Of a DNA stretch of 64,000 nt, positions 55,984-64,000 are shown piece after piece. This DNA comes from an uncultured Planctomycetia bacterium. GTDB lineage: Bacteria > Omnitrophota > Gorgyraeia > 1-14-0-20-64-10. The stretch covers positions 69,655 to 133,654 of the forward strand of contig CAZQXN010000001.1 of NCBI GenBank assembly GCA_964597545.1. The letters are read 5' to 3'. The notes below the pieces were generated by a model, which ran no database searches, was not told the origin of the DNA, and saw only the letters and a program-made list of their open reading frames with translations. Made by a program: the position numbers and the translations under genes. Numbering within the stretch: position 1 is the first letter of the stretch; each line of letters starts with the position of its first letter.

Positions 55984-57167
55984 GCCTTGACGCCCGTTAC
56001 GTCCCGGTACGCCTCTGCGATACCCGCAGCCGCATTCATAACTGAATAACCACTCACTTTCTCTCGACACCTCAGCCGGGTTTCGGAGGGCCTTCTCCAT
56101 GCCAGCACGCGTTGAATTGCAGCCGTCAAGCTTCGAACTGATCCGGCCTGGAAAATCTCCCCTGTAGCGCTGGGCTCTACCAAGTCCGGCGCGCATCCTA
56201 CCGCCTCTGAAACAACGCAGGGCAGCCCATGGCACAGCGCCTCATTGACCACCAACCCCCACGTCTCAGAGTGCAAACTTGGCAATACCAGCAGGTCTGC
56301 TGCATGATAGTAGGGGCTCAGTTGGCTCTGGTTTTGGAACCCGGCAAAATGGGTCTTCACAGTTGGCAGCGCGCCGGCCTGCGCTTCCAATGTCTTGCGA
56401 AGACGTCCCGCTCCGAGAAAGACGGCGCCGGTTTTACGGCGCTCTTCGTGGGGCAACTGCCGGATAGCTCGAAGCAGCATATCAGGCCTCTTGCGCAAAC
56501 ACAGCTTCCCAGAAAAGAGGATGACCGTATCGGCTTCCTCAAACCCCAAGCGCTTGCGCATCTCGGAGCGCAGGCGCACCCGCTCTTCTTCGCTTGAACG
56601 GAAGGGAGCAGCATCAACGCAATAAGGCGAGAAGATAAGTTTTTCTTCCGGACAGCCCAATCGAAGAAAATGCCGATGGGAATGCGTTCCGACATACAGC
56701 AGCCGCGCGCACTGAGCATAGAGCCAGCGCAAGCTCTGATCGCGCATCCACCGTCTCAAAAAGCCGCGCCGCAGAGCATGGTCGGTCGTCTCCGCCCGCA
56801 ACAGAATTGGAATGCCGGTCTTGCGCACCTGAAAGAAAGCGGAACGGTGAAAGCGCGGGCTGTACCCTGTCAGGAGCGCTGCGGCCGGGCGGATCCGGCG
56901 AAGCGCCTCGGACAACCCTCGTGCCGAAACCCCTGCGGCAGACCGAGCCCCTCCCTGGGAGATCCGAGAAAGGAAAATAGGCGTATAGCCCGAGGTCAGA
57001 TTTGTATCCCAGCGCACAGCCGTCCCAAACTCTTTATCCCGGTAGCCGGCAACGCTAAAGTCCGACCCGTAGACCGCAGAGACAGGGATTCGGAAGTGGC
57101 GCTGCAGCGCCGCATAAACCGGGGCATGATACTGGATCGGATGCGTAGAGATAACGGCTAGGGACAT
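55980..57167 (-). CDS. GT4 family glycosyltransferase
   Basis: A 395-aa GT-B ORF (...LLVLPSLHSETWGLVVNEALCHGLPCVVSEAVGCAPDLV...). Confidence 0.7.
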   Translation of the reverse strand: MSLAVISTHPIQYHAPVYAALQRHFRIPVSAVYGSDFSVAGYRDKEFGTAVRWDTNLTSGYTPIFLSRISQGGARSAAGVSARGLSEALRRIRPAAALLTGYSPRFHRSAFFQVRKTGIPILLRAETTDHALRRGFLRRWMRDQSLRWLYAQCARLLYVGTHSHRHFLRLGCPEEKLIFSPYCVDAAPFRSSEEERVRLRSEMRKRLGFEEADTVILFSGKLCLRKRPDMLLRAIRQLPHEERRKTGAVFLGAGRLRKTLEAQAGALPTVKTHFAGFQNQSQLSPYYHAADLLVLPSLHSETWGLVVNEALCHGLPCVVSEAVGCAPDLVEPSATGEIFQAGSVRSLTAAIQRVLAWRRPSETRLRCREKVSGYSVMNAAAGIAEAYRDVTGVKA

Positions 57168-57198
57168 GGGAACACCGCGGGCTTGCTCAAGATGCGCT

Positions 57199-58137
57199 TC
57201 ATGGAGGCAGAAGTTCGTAGAGCCGCTTCTGTTTTTCCGAGGGACACAAAAGCATATTTCCCCAGACGCCCATCGGATGGGTATAGGGCTGCGAGAAGAC
57301 CTTCACCCACTGGGCATTGTTCAGCCGATAAGCCTGATAGTTATGCCGCATCAACAGCGCACCGGTGGCCAGATCTTCTTCCGGGGTATGCGACTCCACC
57401 AGAAAAAGGGGCCTCTTCTGCCGGACGCAGGCATCGCATCCCTTCAGGGCCGCCGCTCCTCCTCCCTCGATGTCCATCTTGATGAAATCAGGCCCTTCGC
57501 GCGGCTTGGAGCCGTAAAAGAAGTTGTCCAGCGTCGTCGTCCTCACAACAACCCGCTCAGCAATGCCCCCTGCCTGACTTACCCAATCTCGATTAACCGA
57601 AGAGCAGCAAGGGTGCACCCCAAGGAACAGCTCCGCCTCTCCCGTTCTATCGGAGCACGCTTCTTCAACAAGCTGGACGTTCGCTGCTTCATTCAGAGAG
57701 AGATTCCTGCTCAATTTCTCAACAGCGGAGGGGGCCGGCTCAAACGCGTATACCACTCCCTTTCCGCGAAGGTGCCGGGAAAACCAGAGGGCATAGGTGC
57801 CGATATTCGCACCCAGATCGCAAACCACCGAGTTGTCCTGGAAAAGCTGCAGCGGAACGGAAATCTTGGAGAGCACCTGAAACTGTTCCGGCTCCCCCAA
57901 TCCCAAAATGGTATGATAATTGACAGAGCGATCGTAGACCATCCGCATCCCGCGCAGCGGCCCAAAGGAAAGACGGTACACCCTGCCCTCCCTGAAGTAG
58001 AGCCCAAGTGCCCTTCTCAGGATAGAGGATCTGAACCGCGCATATCTCAGATCTGCAATCAAGCGCCGCACGGCCCCTCCCTCAAGGGAAGTCCCTTGGC
58101 GTGAGTTGACGCAGCACAGGTGAAAACTGTCGTTCAT
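57199..58137 (-). CDS. FkbM family methyltransferase
   Basis: VCDLGANIGTYALWF...VYAFEPAPSAVEKL...DFIKMDIEGGGAAAL, the FkbM-domain signature. I chose the start at MNDSFHL; it overlaps the 3' end of the next gene by about 56 nt, so the true start is uncertain. Confidence 0.65.
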   Translation of the reverse strand: MNDSFHLCCVNSRQGTSLEGGAVRRLIADLRYARFRSSILRRALGLYFREGRVYRLSFGPLRGMRMVYDRSVNYHTILGLGEPEQFQVLSKISVPLQLFQDNSVVCDLGANIGTYALWFSRHLRGKGVVYAFEPAPSAVEKLSRNLSLNEAANVQLVEEACSDRTGEAELFLGVHPCCSSVNRDWVSQAGGIAERVVVRTTTLDNFFYGSKPREGPDFIKMDIEGGGAAALKGCDACVRQKRPLFLVESHTPEEDLATGALLMRHNYQAYRLNNAQWVKVFSQPYTHPMGVWGNMLLCPSEKQKRLYELLPP

Positions 58138-59260
58138 AATTCCACTCCTCGAGGACCCGCTGCCTTCCCTTCTCTCCCATCGCATGAACCTCTAGGGGGT
58201 GCTCCAAGCACCAGCGCAAGGTTTCCGCAATGCTGTTTGGATCTCCGGGATCACATGCCAATCCATACCCTGGCTCCACATACATCCGCCTCCAATCCGG
58301 ATGATCAGGAACAAGCAGTGCCAGCCCTCGTGCCATGTACTCGAACGGCTTGTTCGAGGCGCCCACCATCCACTGCTCATTTATGTCCGGACTTTTCAAG
58401 GGCACCAAGCACAATCCGACTTGGCACGCGTCTAAGCGTTCGTGCAATTCCCTTCCTCTCGACAGCTCTCCCGCATACTCTACTCGGGATGTAATTCCAA
58501 GGCGGGAGGCAGCCTCTCGCAGTTGGTGCAAATACCCCCGGGAACCGACCGTCTCATATCCCACCACGCAAAGCGTCATCGTATCCGGCAGCTGAGCCAT
58601 GGCGCTCAATACCCCGAGTGGAAGCCGAGAAGATCCTATGGAGCCGCAATAGATCACCCGGAGGCCCGTGCCCATTGAAGGTCCTGGGCGGGGCGGAGAC
58701 ACTTCATCTCGAGAAGGGCAATTGTAGACGCAGTCCGCCGTGCGACAACCCAGCTGCGCCGAAAAGCGCTTGGTGCGTTCGGCGTTGGGCAGCAAGCAGA
58801 GTTTGGCCCGCCGGGAAAGCCGCCGTCTGCACCATAGAACAAACCGCATCCACATGCTCCCCGGCCAAGATTCCCCGGGAGAATCGTGCTCGTGATAGAT
58901 CACCCGAAGGCCAGGGAAATAACTGAACAGCATCCCCAAAGGAGCCGCCAAGGAATCGGAAACATAGATCCATTGAGGCCGCCACCGAACAACCCAGCTC
59001 ATCGCCCAAAAAAAGAACCCCAAGTAGTGGAGCTTCTGCTTCCATCCCGAAGGACAAAATGCCTGCTTTCGAACTTCAATGTTTGAGTGTGGCGACAGCT
59101 GCAGCGTGTCTCCTCCCAGCGAACTCGTTCCTAAGAAGAGCACTTTCCAGCCCTGCCGGGCCAAGAGATGCGAACTGCGGTCCAGCGGCGGGTAGCAAGC
59201 TGGATTCGTGTACTGAAGGTAGAGGATCCTCTTGCTCCCAGGGTGTCGGAGTGCGCTCAT
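58082..59260 (-). CDS. GT4 family glycosyltransferase
   Basis: A 392-aa GT-B-like ORF (...NEQWMVGASNKPFEYMARGLALLVPDHPDW...). Confidence 0.65.
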   Translation of the reverse strand: MSALRHPGSKRILYLQYTNPACYPPLDRSSHLLARQGWKVLFLGTSSLGGDTLQLSPHSNIEVRKQAFCPSGWKQKLHYLGFFFWAMSWVVRWRPQWIYVSDSLAAPLGMLFSYFPGLRVIYHEHDSPGESWPGSMWMRFVLWCRRRLSRRAKLCLLPNAERTKRFSAQLGCRTADCVYNCPSRDEVSPPRPGPSMGTGLRVIYCGSIGSSRLPLGVLSAMAQLPDTMTLCVVGYETVGSRGYLHQLREAASRLGITSRVEYAGELSRGRELHERLDACQVGLCLVPLKSPDINEQWMVGASNKPFEYMARGLALLVPDHPDWRRMYVEPGYGLACDPGDPNSIAETLRWCLEHPLEVHAMGEKGRQRVLEEWNYERQFSPVLRQLTPRDFP

Positions 59261-60603
59261 CTGGAGTCCAACAGCTTGCGATAGAGCGCGCTCATCTCAG
59301 AGGCAACGGTATCCATCCCTTTGGGTGCAGGGACTGCCCTGCCCAGACGCAAGACAAGGTTCCTGTCATTGCAAACCTCTCGAAGCCTCTGGGCCCATGC
59401 AGCTTCAGAATCGGCCTGCACCAAGAGGCCGTTGACACCATCCTGCACCAGCTCAGGGATTCCACCTAAGTTGGAAGCGATCACCGGAATGCCTGCAGCA
59501 AATGCTTCAAGCACAACCAAGGGGCCGGTCTCCAGCCACTGAGAGGGGACAGCCAGCAAATCGTACCCCTTAAGGCAATCTACCACGTCCGCAGCCGCTA
59601 TCGGTTCCCGGAAAGTGATTCTTGAGTCCGCGCCTGCCATGCTGCGTAACCGTTTGAGGTAGGCGATCTCACGCGAACCCTGCACCACTCCATAGAGGTC
59701 CAATGAAAGATGTGCTTGCGGTATCTGGCGTATCGCTCGAATAAGCAGATGAGCGCCCTTGACGGGGTCCATCCGGCCCAGAAAGGCCAAGCGAATCCCC
59801 GGAGCCTTGAACACACTTGCTTCGCTTGATGGGTCCTCGGAACAGCGCGCCCGATGCTCAGAGCGAACCTCCTGCATCAAGCCTTGGGGGGAAAGGGTAA
59901 TCTTTTGCAAAGGGACGCCGTTGCGCTCCAGCAAATCCTGAACCCAGGCGCACACTGCAACCATGTGGTCTGTCTCCGCAAAGAGCGCACGGACAGCGGT
60001 GAGGCGGACGGAGATGAGCTGGCGCATGCGCAAGGCGGTCCAGACCCCCCCGGACAAGCCAATCGAGGCAAGCGCTTGTCCCACGCTGATGGGTACGCGA
60101 CCGACGGCATCTGCCAATCCGCGGGGAAGCCCCAGGCCGTTTAATGCACACCGTGCGCACAAGTCCACATCCAGCCTGCCATCACACACCTTTTTCCCCC
60201 AGCGCAGAAGGGTACCCCTCTGGCAATTCACGGTAGGGGTATGATAGGTAAAAATGACCGGTATGCCTCTCTGCTTTGCCTGTCGGACGATCCGAACAGA
60301 AACCGCCGGCGTTAAGGCATGCATATGGACGATATCGGGGCGCTCCTGATCCAGAATGCAGCCAAAGGCCTTGGCTGCCTGCTCATCGCCCCCTCCATAT
60401 AAACTCTTAAGATCGGTTGCCGCTGAGGCAAAGCGGTAAACCGGAATTCCTTCGTGACGATACTCCTCATTTCTTCCGCCGGGAGCCGCCACTGCCACCT
60501 GAGCTCCGGCGCGCTGCAGGTGCCGGGCAAGCGCCTCGACATACACCTCGGTGCCGCCTATCGGATCTGGATGAAAGGTAAAGGGAGCTTGGAGGATTCT
60601 CAC
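59257..60603 (-). CDS. GT4 family glycosyltransferase
   Basis: A 448-aa ORF (...LLAVPSQWLETGPLVVLEAFAAGIPVIASNLGGIPELVQDGVNGLL...). Confidence 0.75.
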   Translation of the reverse strand: MRILQAPFTFHPDPIGGTEVYVEALARHLQRAGAQVAVAAPGGRNEEYRHEGIPVYRFASAATDLKSLYGGGDEQAAKAFGCILDQERPDIVHMHALTPAVSVRIVRQAKQRGIPVIFTYHTPTVNCQRGTLLRWGKKVCDGRLDVDLCARCALNGLGLPRGLADAVGRVPISVGQALASIGLSGGVWTALRMRQLISVRLTAVRALFAETDHMVAVCAWVQDLLERNGVPLQKITLSPQGLMQEVRSEHRARCSEDPSSEASVFKAPGIRLAFLGRMDPVKGAHLLIRAIRQIPQAHLSLDLYGVVQGSREIAYLKRLRSMAGADSRITFREPIAAADVVDCLKGYDLLAVPSQWLETGPLVVLEAFAAGIPVIASNLGGIPELVQDGVNGLLVQADSEAAWAQRLREVCNDRNLVLRLGRAVPAPKGMDTVASEMSALYRKLLDSR

Positions 60604-61595
60604 CGGCCGGCTCGGAGCTTCGAGAGGGGCTTAAGCATCCTCTTGATCCGCTCGTAGGGGCTGCGTCCGACAAGGGTGGCCATAAACCGACGCAAGAATC
60701 CAGCGCGCAAAAGCAGGCTGGGCCGGAAGCGCAAAGCCCTTAAATAGCAACGGCGGGCGTCTGGGTTCATCTTCAAGAAGAAGTAGTTTTCCGCATGCTC
60801 TAAATACCGGGCTGCATGCGCACGCCGCCGAACCCGCTGCTTTTTCTTTTCGAGGGCGGGATTCTCCTCCCGTTCGCTGAAGATTTTATCCAGCACCCAA
60901 AAATCAGAGGGTTCCCGACTTCTATCCGAGGAGTAGCGAACATGGCGGTTTTCCGGGTGGACTCGGTAGTCAGCAACCACGCGGTTGAGGTAACAAAACT
61001 CAAATCTCCTAGCCATCATCAAGTGACAATACCAATCCTCATGGACAACGGCCCCTGGAATGGGAACGGCCCAATGCCAAGCATCTCGTCGAGCCAGCAA
61101 TGCAGAGGGGTTAATAAAATTCCTCTCCAAAAGTGATATAAACTCATTGCCTTTAAATCTGGATCCACCGTGTACGGTATCGCAAGCTTTCGAAGTAACT
61201 TCCCCGCTTTCATTCATTGTCACCACATCCCCATACACGAGGCCAACCTCCGGGTGGGCTTTGAAGATCTCGAGGGCTGAGGAGAAAAAGTTTGGTCGGT
61301 AGCGATCGTCGGCATCCAACCTGCCAATAAACTGTCCGCGGGCAAGGGTCACCCCCGCATTGACAACAGCGACAATTCCCAAATTCGTTGGGTGGGTTAC
61401 CACCCGAATGCGCGGATCGGTGAAGGAGCGTAAAACTTCCTGCGTGTCATCGGTTGAACCATCATCCACAATGATTATTTCAAAGCTGTGTTTCCCTCGC
61501 TGGTTAAAAATACTGGTGAGCGCCTCTTTCAGGTATCGGCCGTAGTTGTAGCAGGAGACGATAATGCTGATTGCTGGACCCTCGTGCTCGCTCAT
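60600..61595 (-). CDS. Family 2 glycosyltransferase
   Basis: ISIIVSCYNYGRYLKEALTSIFNQ...EIIIVDDGSTDDT. I chose the start at MSEHEGPAISII, which abuts the upstream gene's stop at 61597. Confidence 0.75.
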   Translation of the reverse strand: MSEHEGPAISIIVSCYNYGRYLKEALTSIFNQRGKHSFEIIIVDDGSTDDTQEVLRSFTDPRIRVVTHPTNLGIVAVVNAGVTLARGQFIGRLDADDRYRPNFFSSALEIFKAHPEVGLVYGDVVTMNESGEVTSKACDTVHGGSRFKGNEFISLLERNFINPSALLARRDAWHWAVPIPGAVVHEDWYCHLMMARRFEFCYLNRVVADYRVHPENRHVRYSSDRSREPSDFWVLDKIFSEREENPALEKKKQRVRRRAHAARYLEHAENYFFLKMNPDARRCYLRALRFRPSLLLRAGFLRRFMATLVGRSPYERIKRMLKPLSKLRAGR

Positions 61596-61596
61596 C

Positions 61597-62535
61597 TTAC
61601 GGGCAGCGCTCTCTCTGGCGTCTGAACATCTCTTTTCGCAGGCCAAGGCGATGACGGAGCGGCCTGGTCCAAGCCAGCAGGGGATACCACACTTGGAGAG
61701 ACCACTGCTCCAAAAGCAATGAACGCCTCCTGGAGATCCTCAGCGCACCTCCCCAGGAAAACCTTAGCCTCGTCGGGGTAAGCCGATGGTTGGCATCCTC
61801 CAGGGTGTAGCGTTTTCTTGGGCCCCCTGCCAGCTCTAGGCTGCGGATGCTCTCTGGGCTCTTGGCCACCTCATCCCAAACAGCAGCCGAGACATGCCCG
61901 TAATCGTGCTTCTGGTGGACGGCCTGGATGACTGCCGTAGCATCGATCAGCAGCGCCCCTTTAGTCCTGGCGTAAGCGAGCAACCAATGATCTGACCACC
62001 CGCGCCCAACTGCAAAAGCCGGCATCTCCTTTACGAAGCCCCGCGGAAAAACAAAGTAATCGATTGCAAAGGAAGAGCCGATTCGCCCGCGCTTGGCCAC
62101 ATCCGCCCTTAAAGAGGCCTCCCAGTTTCCCTTGAAGCGCATCGGCTCGCGCACGTCCAAGTTCCATCGGTGTCCGCACAGCAGGAAGGGCCGCTTCAGG
62201 CACACCACCCTTTGGACCGCCTTCATGAAGTCGCTCATCAGAATCATATCGGCGTTCAGGTGGCACAGAAAATCGGAGGTGGACATCTGCTCAACCCTTT
62301 TAAACATGTCGCTGATCAGTGGGGTGCCAAATTCGTTGGAAGCAACCTCAGGAACATGCGTTAGCCCAAGTTCCTCGCAGAGCTCTGCCGTACCCTCTTC
62401 ATTGCCAGACAGAATCACTTCTGGTTTCGGAGAGAGCTTGCTCCAGCTGGTAATCGCATTTCGCTGAATCAAGCCGATGTGCTGCTTAAAGGGTTTTGGA
62501 CAAGCAAAGAGAGTCAGCATGGCTGCTGCATTCAC
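61597..62535 (-). CDS. Hypothetical protein of the EPS locus (312 aa)
   Basis: A clean ORF tightly packed between two glycosyltransferase genes. I could not assign a motif with confidence. Confidence 0.4.
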   Translation of the reverse strand: MNAAAMLTLFACPKPFKQHIGLIQRNAITSWSKLSPKPEVILSGNEEGTAELCEELGLTHVPEVASNEFGTPLISDMFKRVEQMSTSDFLCHLNADMILMSDFMKAVQRVVCLKRPFLLCGHRWNLDVREPMRFKGNWEASLRADVAKRGRIGSSFAIDYFVFPRGFVKEMPAFAVGRGWSDHWLLAYARTKGALLIDATAVIQAVHQKHDYGHVSAAVWDEVAKSPESIRSLELAGGPRKRYTLEDANHRLTPTRLRFSWGGALRISRRRSLLLEQWSLQVWYPLLAWTRPLRHRLGLRKEMFRRQRERCP

Positions 62536-62545
62536 ATCGCCCCGT

Positions 62546-63844
62546 TTAGGTTTCTTCCAATAAAGCGCAATCCTCTCGGCTCAGCGGACGTCCACCCACC
62601 TTCCTATAAAGCGCTTGGTAAGTCCTCGCCGTCCTCTCCCACTCAAACAGGCGGATGCGCCCTGAACCGCGTTGGCGCAGCGTTTCTCTGAGCCGGGCAT
62701 CTGCGCTCATCCTGCGAAGCGCCTGGGCCATGCTCTCCGTTGAGGTGGGGTCAAAGAGAAGGACCGCATCGCCTCCATATTCAGGAAGGGAGGTCGCGCA
62801 TGAGCAAGCAACGGGAGCCCCTTCCTGGAAGGCTTCAGTGATGGGAAAGCCGCCACCTTCAAAAAGGCTTGGGAAAACGAGGAATTCTGCCAAATGATAA
62901 ATCGCCCGCAACTCCGAAGGACTCACGAAACCAAGAAAGTTGACTTGATTGTCTAACTTGAGCTTCCGGATGCGCGCCTCGATCTGGGGCCAGAAGCTAT
63001 TTTTCTTGCCCGTGCAAACCAGGTGGATCGCGAGGCCATCTCGATCTCGGAGCAATCTGAGGGCCTCCAGTAAGCGGATGTGATTTTTGTGAGCCCAGGT
63101 TTGCGCGGGATAGAAGGCAAAGGCCTCAGGCAGGCGGAATTTCCGCTTCGCCTTTGCAAGGATCTTGCCTGTTGTCTGATCGTACAGCTGCGTAGGGGAT
63201 CCTCTTAGAATGGCGTAAACCTTCCGGGCATCCACGTGATAGCGGCGGACAATGTCTCCTTTAACCCACCGGGACTCCGCCGCAATCGCTTGAGCGTGGC
63301 TGCAACCGGCACGGTAAATGGCTTCGCGCCAAGCCGCATCCTCCTTGGAGAAGAATTGGGGGAACTGCAAATGCTGGAGGTCGTGGGGATTAAAAATGGT
63401 CGGCAGGGAGCAGCGTATAAAACGTTGGTGAGGGAAGTGGAGGAGATCGACGCCCAGGGCTTCGTAGAAGCCGTCTGACTCGGGTACAAAAATGTTCGGC
63501 GTTTCCGGGGATTCGGGGGCAGCCTGAGGATGAATGCCTCTGTGCACGGCCCGCATAGGACGGCGCAGGGGGCCGAGCAAGCGTTTTGCCCTCTCCCAAT
63601 GCCCCGCCTTGGGCGGAGGCGTTATCGCCAGGCGTTGGCAAGCGCCCAGATAGGGCCTGAGTCGCCGATGGTACCTCCAGTGCCCTACGACTGTATATTC
63701 GATTGAGCCGTCGGAAAATCGCCCCAGGGCATGTAGGAGCCCTGTGACGAATTGCTCCACTCCGCCCCAATCGCCTAAAGATTCCAACTGCGCATCAATG
63801 GCAACCTTCAGCGGCTCAGTCCTATTTGGCCCCAGCGCAATCAC
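62546..63844 (-). CDS. GT4 family glycosyltransferase
   Basis: ...FLVFPSLFEGGGFPITEAFQEGAPVACSCATSLPEYGGDAVLLFDP..., the GT4 E-x7-E region. Confidence 0.75.
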   Translation of the reverse strand: MIALGPNRTEPLKVAIDAQLESLGDWGGVEQFVTGLLHALGRFSDGSIEYTVVGHWRYHRRLRPYLGACQRLAITPPPKAGHWERAKRLLGPLRRPMRAVHRGIHPQAAPESPETPNIFVPESDGFYEALGVDLLHFPHQRFIRCSLPTIFNPHDLQHLQFPQFFSKEDAAWREAIYRAGCSHAQAIAAESRWVKGDIVRRYHVDARKVYAILRGSPTQLYDQTTGKILAKAKRKFRLPEAFAFYPAQTWAHKNHIRLLEALRLLRDRDGLAIHLVCTGKKNSFWPQIEARIRKLKLDNQVNFLGFVSPSELRAIYHLAEFLVFPSLFEGGGFPITEAFQEGAPVACSCATSLPEYGGDAVLLFDPTSTESMAQALRRMSADARLRETLRQRGSGRIRLFEWERTARTYQALYRKVGGRPLSREDCALLEET

Positions 63845-64000
63845 CCTTAAGATTCTGTGTCCCTGGCGATTCCAACATCACCCATCTCGGCCTGAATGAG
63901 AAGTTGCGCTCCTGAAAAAGGGGTGGGTTGAACGGCGCTTCAGCGCAAGCTCCCATCCCAAATGGGTCCGCTCTTTCTTTCCGGATCTAACGCACGGGAG

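Noticed and set aside
63845-64000. Last 156 nt of the window
   Set aside because: There is no complete ORF, and it is too short to call. It is probably a promoter or intergenic region upstream of the minus-strand glycosyltransferase operon.

Overview
This 64-kb window comes from a high-GC (about 60%) bacterial chromosome, and almost all of it is coding. From 5' to 3' it contains: (i) the distal part of an F-type ATP synthase operon on the minus strand (atpA, partial, then atpH, atpF, atpE, atpB, an atpI-like and an AtpZ-like gene); (ii) a Nudix hydrolase, a small conserved hypothetical protein and a GT39/ArnT-like membrane glycosyltransferase; (iii) a single uninterrupted 9.5-kb ORF (5875/5926..15360, about 3,150 aa) with a signal-peptide-like N-terminus. 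By motif inspection it carries a nucleotidyltransferase-like hG[GS]..DhD motif, two GHKL/histidine-kinase-like ATPase-like segments, two class-I SAM-methyltransferase-like segments, an internal module duplication, and about ten copies of a peptide motif SG(L/Q)EE that is encoded by a near-palindromic nucleotide motif. I consider this the most interesting, probably undescribed, element in the window; (iv) era (GTPase Era), which carries three in-frame insertions of short palindromic repeat elements, a permease, a cNMP-binding/ParA-like/patatin fusion protein and a beta-oxidation trio (3-hydroxyacyl-CoA dehydrogenase, enoyl-CoA hydratase, acyl-CoA synthetase); (v) hydrolases and peptidases (alpha/beta hydrolase, M23, two M48), two PilZ-domain proteins, a HIT protein and a geranylgeranyl-reductase-family flavoprotein; (vi) an exopolysaccharide biosynthesis/export locus of about 33 kb (30.7..63.8 kb), one of whose genes, GDP-mannose 4,6-dehydratase, is interrupted by a 388-aa intein with a LAGLIDADG homing endonuclease. 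The locus contains an outer-membrane protein, a Wza-like exporter, a TPR protein, a priming sugar transferase, two tandem Wzc/BY-kinase paralogs, a Wzy-like membrane protein, many GT4/GT2 glycosyltransferases, SAM and FkbM methyltransferases, a carbamoyltransferase, a CgeB-like protein and the GDP-fucose pathway genes gmd and fcl. Two families of short dispersed palindromic repeats (GGTACCGGGTAC...GTACCCGGTACC and GGGGTCAGACCCC) occur both between genes and in frame inside era. I found no rRNA, tRNA, CRISPR array or obvious transposase. All calls rest on reading the translated ORFs and the nucleotide sequence; no database search was possible.
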